Source: Thermodesulfovibrionales bacterium
GTDB taxonomy: Bacteria > Nitrospirota > Thermodesulfovibrionia > Thermodesulfovibrionales > UBA6898
Length of the DNA: 19,384 nucleotides
Direction of reading: 5' to 3'
NCBI GenBank assembly: GCA_044450345.1
Contig: JBIOIY010000057.1
Location: 1 to 19,384 of the forward strand
Positions within the stretch are counted from its first letter, which is position 1, and each line of letters begins with the position of its first letter. The notes under the pieces were generated by a model. It made no database searches. It worked only from the letters and a program-made list of their open reading frames with translations, and was not told the DNA's origin. The position numbers and the translations under genes were made by a program. Below, piece after piece: positions 9,432 through 17,885 of the stretch.

Positions 9432-11336
9432 GTGGCATTAGTGAGTTTGCAAGAGGTGAGGATCGCCTTCGGCGGCCCCGAACTTCTCGACGGGGTTACC
9501 CTCCAGATCGAGCGGGGGGAACGGGTCTGCCTGGTGGGCAGAAACGGGGCAGGCAAATCCACACTGATGAAGATCGTGGGCGGCGAACTCACCCCTGACT
9601 CAGGCGAGGTCATAAGAGCCGGAGTCGCCCGGGTCTCGTCCCTCGAACAGGAAGTGCCGCGGGAACTGTCCGGAACGGTCTTCGACGTCGTCTCCGAAGG
9701 ACTCGGCGACATCGTCGACCTGCTCTCTGAATATCGCTCCCTGGGCCACAGCCTCGGCTCAGGCGAAGACGCCGGCATTATCGCGGACCTCGAACGGGTA
9801 CAGCATCTTATCGAGTCCTCGGGCGGCTGGCAGATACAACAGCGGGTCGAGACGGTCCTTTCCCGCCTCGGGCTGGACCCTGATGCTGCTGCGGCCGGGC
9901 TCTCCGGCGGCTATAAAAGAAGGGTCCTTCTTGCGAGGGCGCTCGTGAACGAGCCGGACCTCCTGCTTCTCGACGAGCCTACGAACCATCTCGATATCGA
10001 ATCGATCGGCTGGCTTGAGGAATTTCTCCTCGAATTCCGGGGCGCCATACTCTTCATAACCCACGACCGGAGGTTTCTCGACACCCTCGCAACGCGCATA
10101 ATCGAACTCGACCGGGGGCAGGTCACCGACTGGCCCGGAGATTACAAAACCTACCTCGCGAGAAGGCAGTCGGAGCTCGATGCAGAGGCCGCTCACAACT
10201 CACTCTTCGATAAGAAACTCGCGCAGGAGGAGGCCTGGATACGGCAGGGGATCAAGGCCCGCCGCACCCGCAACGAAGGAAGGGTGAGGGCATTGAAGGA
10301 GTTGAGGATGGAAAGGTCGGCAAGGCGTGAGCAGACAGGGTCCGCCGAGATGAGACTGAACGAGGCAGAAAGGTCCGGCAGACTGGTCCTTGAGGCCAAA
10401 GGGATAGGGCATAGCTATGAGGGCATTCCTTTGATCCGCGATTTCTCAGCGGTCATCATGAGGGGCGACAAGATCGGCATCATAGGCCCTAACGGCTCGG
10501 GAAAAACGACCCTGCTCAATATCCTGCTCGGCTCACTCGCGCCCCTTCACGGTTCAGTGCGCATGGGTACCCGCCTCGAAGTCGCCTACTTCGACCAGCA
10601 CCGCATGCAGCTGGACGACGAAAAATCGGTCAGGGACAACGTAGGAGACGGATGCGACAATGTGACGGTCAACGGAAGGACGAGGCACATAATCGGCTAC
10701 CTCGAGGATTTTCTCTTCCCCCCTGAAAGATCGCGGTCGCCGGTAAAGGTCCTTTCCGGCGGGGAGAGAAACCGCGCTCTTTTGGCGAAGCTCTTTACGA
10801 AGCCTTCGAATGTGCTGGTACTGGATGAACCGACGAACGATCTGGATGCCGATACCCTGGAGCTCCTGGAAGAGATGCTGATGGAATACCAGGGCACCGT
10901 TTTACTGGTGAGCCACGACAGGGAGTTTCTTAATAACATCGTCACCAGCACGATAGTGTTTGAAGGCGACGGGAGGCTCGTCGAATATGTGGGAGGCTAT
11001 GACGACTGGCTGCGACAGCGCAGTCTCTCGTCCCCGGCAGGGACAGAGAAGGCGAAAAAGAAGGAGAAGCCTGAAAAGTCCAGGCCGCAGCGGGAGCGTA
11101 TGCGCATCCTGACATTCAAAGAGAAAAAGGAGATCGAAACGCTGCCCGGGCTCATAGAGTCCATGGAAGCGGAGCGGTCGGCCCTTTATGAAACACTTGC
11201 GGACCCCGACTTCTACAGACAGGACGGAAGCAGGATCCCGGCAGTTAAGGCGAGAGTGGCGGAACTCGATAAAGAGATCCCCGCAGCATATGAGCGCTGG
11301 GAACTGCTGGAATCAATACCTAAAGGGCGGGAGTGA
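9432..11336 (+). CDS. uup: ABC-F family ATPase Uup
   Basis: Two ABC domains (GRNGAGKST / GPNGSGKTT), linker EEAWIRQGIKARRTRNEGRVRALK diagnostic of Uup, C-terminal coiled coil ending ERWELLE; GAGGTG RBS and GTG start. Confidence 0.93.
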   Translation: MALVSLQEVRIAFGGPELLDGVTLQIERGERVCLVGRNGAGKSTLMKIVGGELTPDSGEVIRAGVARVSSLEQEVPRELSGTVFDVVSEGLGDIVDLLSEYRSLGHSLGSGEDAGIIADLERVQHLIESSGGWQIQQRVETVLSRLGLDPDAAAAGLSGGYKRRVLLARALVNEPDLLLLDEPTNHLDIESIGWLEEFLLEFRGAILFITHDRRFLDTLATRIIELDRGQVTDWPGDYKTYLARRQSELDAEAAHNSLFDKKLAQEEAWIRQGIKARRTRNEGRVRALKELRMERSARREQTGSAEMRLNEAERSGRLVLEAKGIGHSYEGIPLIRDFSAVIMRGDKIGIIGPNGSGKTTLLNILLGSLAPLHGSVRMGTRLEVAYFDQHRMQLDDEKSVRDNVGDGCDNVTVNGRTRHIIGYLEDFLFPPERSRSPVKVLSGGERNRALLAKLFTKPSNVLVLDEPTNDLDADTLELLEEMLMEYQGTVLLVSHDREFLNNIVTSTIVFEGDGRLVEYVGGYDDWLRQRSLSSPAGTEKAKKKEKPEKSRPQRERMRILTFKEKKEIETLPGLIESMEAERSALYETLADPDFYRQDGSRIPAVKARVAELDKEIPAAYERWELLESIPKGRE

Positions 11337-11348
11337 GAGAGTGTGGAG

Positions 11349-11505
11349 GAAGGCAGACACCCGAAAAAACGCCATACAATCGGCGGAATTATTATGATAC
11401 ACGTAAACGCAGACTCTGGCCTTAGTGATTTTGAAGGATGTGATAGGGGTTGTCCATGCGGCTGCGGAGCCTCGACTATGGCCGTTTTTTCGGATGTCTG
11501 CCTTC
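11349..11505. mobile_element. MITE-like element with ~28-bp terminal inverted repeats
   Basis: GAAGGCAGACACCCGAAAAAACGCCATA (11349-11376) versus the reverse complement of 11477-11505, GAAGGCAGACATCCGAAAAAACGGCCATA: one mismatch plus one indel; 100-nt core without transposase. Confidence 0.6.
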
Positions 11506-11558
11506 TTTTTTATGAATTTATTTCGGAACTGTAAGGGCAATAACACAAAAGGAAATAT

Positions 11559-12053
11559 ATGAAAAAGGGAAAGACTGACAGAGTGACCGGCGTAAAGAAA
11601 CGTGCTGAGTTTCCTGACGAGGGACAGGTCGAATTTCAGGAAGGCCAAGGCGTGGAATTGTTGATTTGCGACCGGACCGATATCGGGTATAAGGCGATTA
11701 TAAACAACTCCCGCGAGGGCCTGCTTTATAAAAACGAGGTGTTTCAGACCTTAAGAAAAGGACAGCATATCGCGGGATTCATCAAAAAGGTGCGGGATGA
11801 CGGAAAGGTCGATCTCTGTCTTCAAAAACCCGGTGCTGAAAAGGTTGATGATGTATCGGGAAAAATTATCGACAAACTCAAGGCGCAGGGCGGATTTATT
11901 GCCGTGGACGATAAAAGCCCGCCTGAGGTTATCTACCGTCTGTTCGGGGCAAGCAAGAAGACATATAAAAAGGCGATAGGCGCTCTTTACAAGAAGCGGC
12001 TTATTCTTATAGAGAGTGCCGGGATAAGGCTCGCCGGGAAAGGGGGCCTGTAA
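11559..12053 (+). CDS. CvfB-like S1/winged-helix RNA-binding protein (short form)
   Basis: S1-like region (TDIGYKAIINNSREGLLYKNEVF...GFIKKVRDDGKVDL) and CvfB C-terminal motif DKSPPEVIYRLFGASKKTYKKAIGALYK. Confidence 0.85.
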   Translation: MKKGKTDRVTGVKKRAEFPDEGQVEFQEGQGVELLICDRTDIGYKAIINNSREGLLYKNEVFQTLRKGQHIAGFIKKVRDDGKVDLCLQKPGAEKVDDVSGKIIDKLKAQGGFIAVDDKSPPEVIYRLFGASKKTYKKAIGALYKKRLILIESAGIRLAGKGGL

Positions 12054-12071
12054 TTGAGGATGAAGGCGTCA

Positions 12072-12293
12072 TTAATTATCAAGGCAAGCTGACTGAAGTA
12101 TATCCCCAACCATTTCTTCGGGTGTATATATTCCGCTTTCCAGTTCACCCAGAGCGACTGACATGAAGGCTATCTGCTGGGCCTTATACCCGGTATGTCC
12201 GACCCAATCTTCGACTATCTCCCTGGTAATATCCTTGTTCGCTATTTGTACTTTTTTCGTCAGCGCATTATATAAGTTATCCAGTGTGGACAT
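12072..12293 (-). CDS. Small acidic hypothetical protein
   Basis: 73-aa ORF with a perfect AAGGAGG RBS upstream (cctcctt at about 12301-12307); no recognisable motif. Confidence 0.75.
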   Translation of the reverse strand: MSTLDNLYNALTKKVQIANKDITREIVEDWVGHTGYKAQQIAFMSVALGELESGIYTPEEMVGDILQSACLDN

Positions 12294-12465
12294 TGTAATC
12301 CTCCTTGCCCTTACCTCTTTAGCATAGCACGCCGTGCCGGTAGAGGATATTCAGGGATGAATTAAGTGTCTGTTAAGTCACTCCCATAAAATCAATAATG
12401 GTCTTCTGTGTTAAGGTAAGTATGTACTCGTAATGTTTATCGGTGTTAATAAAGGGGGAAGGATC

Positions 12466-12726
12466 TTGGAAAGTAACAAAAACATGCAATGCTGGAATTA
12501 CAATAACTGCGGTCATGGAAAGGATTCATTATGCCCTGCGGTTGATCAGAAGGCAGGCAGATCGTGCTGGCTCGTGGCAAAGACATTATGTGGGGGTAAC
12601 GTGCATGGTAAGCACACCGAAAGGACCAAATCATGTGAGGGATGTGCCTTTTACATATATATTCATGTATTGCTTTCCAAACTGTCCTCAGCACCTCAAC
12701 CCTATGATGAAAGAAGAGGGGTTTAA
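12466..12726 (+). CDS. Two-CW domain (Cys-rich, putative metal-binding) protein
   Basis: Pattern CW...C...CPA...GRSCW.VA.TLCGG...CxxC.FY. Start uncertain (12433 ATG, 12466 TTG with purine-rich RBS, or 12484 ATG). Confidence 0.7.
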   Translation: MESNKNMQCWNYNNCGHGKDSLCPAVDQKAGRSCWLVAKTLCGGNVHGKHTERTKSCEGCAFYIYIHVLLSKLSSAPQPYDERRGV

Positions 12727-12767
12727 GTACGCCGCAGCAATCTATCCCGTAAAGTCCGAAACATAGT

Positions 12768-14765
12768 CTAAATCGGGGTCCTCCCGCCGTCGAGCACTTT
12801 TCTGACCTCGTTTAAAAGAGTGTCCGGCGAGATAGGCTTTGACACGTAATTTATGGCCTCTTCGAGGATTTTTTTGTCTTGCAGAATGTTTGCTGAGTAA
12901 CCACTTATAAAGAGGGCTTTAATGTCGGGGTTCACTTGTCTGATTTCTTCGTAAGCCCGGTACCCGTTTTTCTTAGGCATCACTAAATCAAAAAGCAGGA
13001 AGTGTATCTTGTCCTTATTCTTGATAAACTCGGAGACTGCTTCCTCTCCGTCCCGTGCCTCTATCACCGTATATCCGTCCGTTTCGAGGATGCGCCTTGA
13101 AAGGCCTCTGACGCCTTCGTCATCCTCTGCGAGAAGAACGGTTTCACTGCTCCGGGATCTCTGCCTCTGTTCTGAACGGTTTCTTCCTTCCAGCCCTTTC
13201 TCCTCAACGAGTGTTTCATATAGGGGTAAATATATATTGAAGGTAGTCCCTTTCCCTATCTCGCTTTCAACCTCGATATAGCCTTCATGCTGCTTGACTA
13301 TCCCGTATGCCATAGCGAGACCGAGGCCGGTGCCTTTTCCGACTTCCTTCGTCGTGAAGAAAGGATCAAAGATCCGTTTCTTGTTTTCCTCGCTTATGCC
13401 CTCACCGGTATCAGAGACGGATAAGAGGGCGTAGCGGCCCGGCTTCTTAAAGCCTGCCTGCTCTTCTAATTCGATATATTCAGCTGCTATGGTGAGAACT
13501 CCTCCTCCGGGCATTGCGTCCCGCGCATTTGTGGTGAGGTTCATAAGCACCTGGTCTATCAGACCGGTATCTGCCATAATGACCAAATCCTTGTTGATAA
13601 GGCGCGTCCTGAATTCTATATCCTCGCTGATCAACCGCATAAGAATTTTCTCGACTGATAAGACGATGTCATTGATCTTTACCGGCTGGACTTTGATCAG
13701 CTGTTTTCTGCTGAAAGCCAGCAGGCTGTGGGTAAGCGTGGCCCCTTTCTCCACGGAATTCACTATTTGCTCCGCATAGGACTTTAATCGTTCGTCATGC
13801 TCAACCCCCATCCGTATAAGATGGCCATACCCCCCTATAGCCGACAGGATATTGTTAAAGTCGTGGGCGATTCCGCCTGAGAGGGTCCCGATTGCTTCCA
13901 TCTTCTGGGCCTGCCTCAGTTGTCCCTCTAACTGCTGTTTTTCCGTCTCCTTTTTTTTGAGTGAAGCCGCCATTTGATTGAAAGCCAGTGCAAGCTTCCC
14001 AATTTCGTCATTCGTCTCGACCCGGAGGGGTTCGACCGTTGATCCCTCTTCTATGGCCCGCACGCTTTCAGTCAGCTTGTCGAGCGGCCTCGTCACCTTT
14101 TTTACCATGAAATATAAGATAGCCGGGATGAAGGTAAGAAAGACCAGACATATAAAGATACCCTTTACTAAAAGAAGTGCTTGCTGTCTGTTCAGCATGC
14201 TTTTGTCCAAAACTATCCTTACGTAGCCTATCGTGCGTTTGACATTAGGATTGGCCTCGGGAAAGAACATGGACTCCTCGTTTGCGTAGGACAGCCCCGA
14301 AAGCACGGGGGTCCAGATCTCAAAAGTGTTCAGTGAATCCCTGTAGTAGAACTGTGCATGAGTTTCTCTCAAGTCCTTGAGAATCGGGGGGACCTGACTT
14401 TCATCCTGAGTCGGGTCTTCTGCCGTCCCGCTGCCACGTTTATTTTTTTTGACAAGAATTTTTCCTTCGGAGTTAAAGGCCGTCACGGAGAGGGTCTTTT
14501 TGTTTTCGAGATATGTCCTGAGGACGTCTTCCATGAGCGCCGTATTCTCGGAGAAGATACTAAGTCTCAAACTGTGAGCAACAAGCTGCGCGAACAGCTC
14601 GCCTTCATTCCTGATACCTTGTTTGAGGGTCCTGGTTTGTTCGTAAAGAAAAACTGCTGTGAAACTGATTGTGATGATTAAGATAAGAATAGTCAACCTT
14701 AGAAATACCTTTGTGCCGAAGCTCTGGCCTATTTTTCTCAAAGAACTGCTTAATTTCGCTTTCAT
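12768..14765 (-). CDS. Membrane hybrid sensor histidine kinase (periplasmic sensor-HAMP-HisKA-HATPase-REC)
   Basis: Two TM segments, HAMP (TRPLDKL...DEIGKLALAFNQM), H-box GGIAHDFNNIL, N-box NARDAM, G-boxes DTGEG/GTGLGL, receiver (LAEDD...DLVMP...KP). Confidence 0.95.
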   Translation of the reverse strand: MKAKLSSSLRKIGQSFGTKVFLRLTILILIITISFTAVFLYEQTRTLKQGIRNEGELFAQLVAHSLRLSIFSENTALMEDVLRTYLENKKTLSVTAFNSEGKILVKKNKRGSGTAEDPTQDESQVPPILKDLRETHAQFYYRDSLNTFEIWTPVLSGLSYANEESMFFPEANPNVKRTIGYVRIVLDKSMLNRQQALLLVKGIFICLVFLTFIPAILYFMVKKVTRPLDKLTESVRAIEEGSTVEPLRVETNDEIGKLALAFNQMAASLKKKETEKQQLEGQLRQAQKMEAIGTLSGGIAHDFNNILSAIGGYGHLIRMGVEHDERLKSYAEQIVNSVEKGATLTHSLLAFSRKQLIKVQPVKINDIVLSVEKILMRLISEDIEFRTRLINKDLVIMADTGLIDQVLMNLTTNARDAMPGGGVLTIAAEYIELEEQAGFKKPGRYALLSVSDTGEGISEENKKRIFDPFFTTKEVGKGTGLGLAMAYGIVKQHEGYIEVESEIGKGTTFNIYLPLYETLVEEKGLEGRNRSEQRQRSRSSETVLLAEDDEGVRGLSRRILETDGYTVIEARDGEEAVSEFIKNKDKIHFLLFDLVMPKKNGYRAYEEIRQVNPDIKALFISGYSANILQDKKILEEAINYVSKPISPDTLLNEVRKVLDGGRTPI

Positions 14766-14766
14766 C

Positions 14767-15663
14767 TCAGTTGATTCCCTTCCCCCGGAAAATGGTCTCG
14801 TTGCTGATGGGTCTCCCTATTTTTTTTGCCGTTATCTGATTTACCGTGACGTTGGCTTTCCGCGCATCAACACTTGGGATATCCGCAACATCGGCCCCCG
14901 ACAGGATCTTCTCTACCATTTCTCCGGCCTGCCTCCCGATATCTCTTGCATCTATATTTGCGGATATTACCGCGCCCATTGACAGGTATTTCTCCGAAAA
15001 GGTCATGACAGGTATCTTGTTCTCAAAGGAAAAGAGAAAGAGATATTCTACAGTCACGGGGGAGAAAACCGTTGAGTCGGGTATCATCCAGAACACGTCT
15101 ATTTTGTCTTTGAGACTGTTAATTTTCAAAGGAACATCCCTGGGATGATGGATTTCCTTCACAATGATCTTTATCGGCGTGTCCCTGGATGAGGCAAGTG
15201 CTTTTTCGACGAAGCCTCCGGATGTTAGAGGGTTGTAGAGAAGACCTACCTTGTGGAGGCCGGGGAAGGCCTCCTGGAGCAGAGACAACTGCTTTTTAGG
15301 CGCTATATTCATGCTGACACCCGTAACGTTAGCAGCCGCCAAGTATATAGATTCCGGGTTGGACACCATTGCATACACAATGGGAATATCTTTGATCGCT
15401 TTAAGTCCGAGAAGCGCGTTCGCCCCGACGGCCAGAATGACATCAGGCTTGGAGGAACGGATTTCTCTGAATATATTCAGCCCTTCCGCTTCTGAAAGGA
15501 CCAACTCCCTTACCGTGCAACGACATGTGTTCTTGAAGCCTTCGACCGCCTCGTTGTAAGGCCCTATCTTGCTGCTTTGGACTATGAGTACGCTCTTTTG
15601 GCCCGCATAGGCGTGTGCGAAGGTAAGGAAGAAAAGTAATATAAGTATTAAATACTTTTGCAA
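14767..15663 (-). CDS. Periplasmic substrate-binding protein (ABC_sub_bind-like), orphan from any ABC transporter
   Basis: Signal peptide ending AHAYA; type-I PBP pattern (PYNEAVEGF, VILAVG, NVTGVSM, VGLLYNP, IGRQAGEM, VNQITAKKIG); TTG start with GGGGGA RBS; stop 1 nt before the kinase ATG. Confidence 0.85.
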   Translation of the reverse strand: MQKYLILILLFFLTFAHAYAGQKSVLIVQSSKIGPYNEAVEGFKNTCRCTVRELVLSEAEGLNIFREIRSSKPDVILAVGANALLGLKAIKDIPIVYAMVSNPESIYLAAANVTGVSMNIAPKKQLSLLQEAFPGLHKVGLLYNPLTSGGFVEKALASSRDTPIKIIVKEIHHPRDVPLKINSLKDKIDVFWMIPDSTVFSPVTVEYLFLFSFENKIPVMTFSEKYLSMGAVISANIDARDIGRQAGEMVEKILSGADVADIPSVDARKANVTVNQITAKKIGRPISNETIFRGKGIN

Positions 15664-15763
15664 ATCAAATTTCCCCCGCTTGTAGACATGAGGCGATATT
15701 TCTTATATAGTTAGTTTAAACGCTGTAACCTTATAAGCAACTAAATACACTATATCAAACTTT

Positions 15764-17643
15764 ATGAACAGAGACCAATTAATAAAAAAAATAATGGCCC
15801 TCTGTCTTTTCGCCTTTTCTGTTTCATTTATCTCTGATGCCTGGGCACAGTCTGAAGATGAAATCAATACGCTCCGGATGTTCTACGAAGAGAAAGACCT
15901 CGTCGTGACTCCCACGAGGCATCTTAAGCCCACCTCCCACGTGGCCGAGAACATGACGGTCATCACCTCCGGTGATATCGAAGAGATGAACGCTCATACG
16001 CTGGCCGATGTCCTCTTTAACGTAACCGGCGTTCAGGTGGACTCACGGGGCGGCCCGGAAGCGCTGATACCGTCCGGATACAGGGCTCGGAATTCAGGCA
16101 TGCAATTGTGATAATCGATGACGTAACACTCAATAACCTTTCCGACAGCTTCGCCGATATTGCCGCTGTCCCTGCCCAGATTATCGATAGGATTGAAATT
16201 ATCAAAGGGCCGGCCTCTTCCGCATGGGGTTCGTCGCTGGGGGGAATAATCCACATTATAACAAAGGGTGGCGATGTATCACGGAAGGCAGGAGGAATGC
16301 TTTCTGCGTCTTACGGCGAGAGGAACACGGGAGATTACAGGGCTGAGGTTTCCGGGAAGGTGGAGAGTCTTTCCTATTACCTGTACGGCGGAAATCTTGT
16401 TTCGAATGGATTAAGGCCAAATACTCCTTTTTATGAGAACAATATTTATTCAAAATTTAAATGGGATGTCTCGTCAAAAGCCAACGTTGCCTTCACCTTT
16501 GGCTATAACCAGGGGACAAGGGGAGAGGGGCAGTATCCAGCCGTTGATCTCTCCTTCGGCAACGCCTTCGAGTATCTTTTTTCTACACTAGCCTTCAATT
16601 ATTCGCTGACCGATACCGCAGACCTTAATGCATCTTTGAGGACCTCACGTCAGCGTGCAGAACTCATCAATAACAGCCTCAGTACCGGTGAAATCCTATC
16701 AGACAGCAACATTGACGATAAGAGCAGCGGCGGGAGCCTCAAGTTCACATGGAAAAACAGCATTCATGATGTGGTCTCAGGCTTTGACTATGACTACGGG
16801 GAACTAGTGTCAAATAATATCACCGGCGGAAAACAGAGCCTTGGCAAATGGGCGGTATTTGTGAATGACACGATGACAGCCGCCAAGTTCGCCTTCACTC
16901 CAGGCATCAGGTATGATCACACAACCACAAACGGCAGCTTTGTGAGTCCAAGCCTGGGGGTGACCTATAATCTTGGTGAAAAAACGATGCTGAGAGCCGT
17001 CGGAGCAAGAGGGTTCAGTACCCCTCCCCTTTCGGCGACCTTCGGCACCGGGACCTTCTTTGTGCCAAACCCGGATCTAAAGATGGAGAAGGTATGGTCT
17101 ATGCAGGCCGGCATCGAATCAACTGGTCTGAAATACCTCTGGGTGAAGGCTACTGCGTTCAGGCATGAAATTACTGATGCACTTTTCAATGAGACCTTGA
17201 GTGACGGGACGTTTACGGCTGTCAACCAGGGAAGACAGAGGAGACAGGGATTCGAGTTCGAGTTGAAAACAGTACCGGTCTATGATGTCTCCCTTTCTGC
17301 AGGCGTTGCCTTTACCGATGCCACGGATAGAGATACCGGGGAAGTAGTGCAGGATATCCCCCGATATACTTATGATGTGGGGATCCATTACAACGACAAC
17401 AAATCGCTCAGGGCCTTGCTAAAGGGCCATTATATCTGGTGGAACACGGAGTCAGTAACCAATGCTCAGTATAACTCTATGATATGGGACCTCAGCCTCA
17501 CTAAAAAGATTTTTTCTTCCGGTAAGAGAAGCGTGGAGTTTTTTTTTACAGCCCATAATATCTTTAACGGCTCTCAATATGCGGTGGATGTCTTCAAGAA
17601 CCCCAGAAGATGGGTCGAGGCAGGACTGCGGCTTAAGATATAG
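15764..17643 (+). pseudogene. TonB-dependent receptor (BtuB-like plug + barrel) with a 1-nt frameshift near 16055-16058
   Basis: Signal peptide, VVTPTR, plug motifs (VITSGDIEEM, IDRIEIIKGPASSAWGS..GGIIHIITK), barrel motifs (PGIRYD, NPDLKMEK, HNIFN, PRR). Adding one base gives continuous RGGPGSADTVRIQGSEFRHAIVIIDD, about 626 aa. Confidence 0.88.
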
Positions 17644-17727
17644 AAATAGGAGATCGTCTCATTTTCGAAATATAAACGATAGGGCCTCCATTGGAGGCGT
17701 TCTGAGATCATATGAGAGGAGGAAAAG

Positions 17728-17826
17728 ATGAAAAAGGCGATAGTCGTCCTCAGCAAAGGGATAAAGGATTCAGCCGGCCCGACAGGTCTCTGCTGCTACT
17801 TGGCCTTCGTGCCGTTAAGGTGGTAG
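17728..17826 (+). CDS. 32-aa RiPP precursor peptide, geopeptide-like: MKKAIVVLSKGIKDSAGPTGLCCYLAFVPLRW
   Basis: Manual translation; strong GAGGAGG RBS; leader-like IVVLSKGI followed by a CC-containing core; lies immediately upstream of a radical SAM/SPASM gene. Absent from the ORF track because it is under 60 aa. Confidence 0.88.
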   Translation: MKKAIVVLSKGIKDSAGPTGLCCYLAFVPLRW

Positions 17827-17850
17827 GGCTAGGTTTAAGATTTACTCGAT

Positions 17851-17877
17851 GGGGGGAGACAACTCCCCCCCTTTTTT
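17851..17877 (+). terminator. Intrinsic terminator / attenuator between peptide and maturase
   Basis: GGGGGGAG-ACAA-CTCCCCCC perfect 8-bp stem followed by C and T6. Confidence 0.8.
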
Positions 17878-17885
17878 CAAAGGCA

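Noticed and set aside
11343..11534. 63-aa Cys-rich ORF (CDRGCPCGC) as a second RiPP precursor
   Set aside because: Coincides with the inverted-repeat element and is far from the maturase; probably spurious, though not excluded.
16046..16060. Programmed ribosomal frameshift in the TonB receptor
   Set aside because: No X XXY YYZ slippery heptamer is evident at the junction; a simple indel is more parsimonious.
17712..17885. 58-aa N-terminal extension of the rSAM ORF given in the track
   Set aside because: Overlaps the better-supported peptide ORF and runs through a terminator; the sequence is not protein-like.
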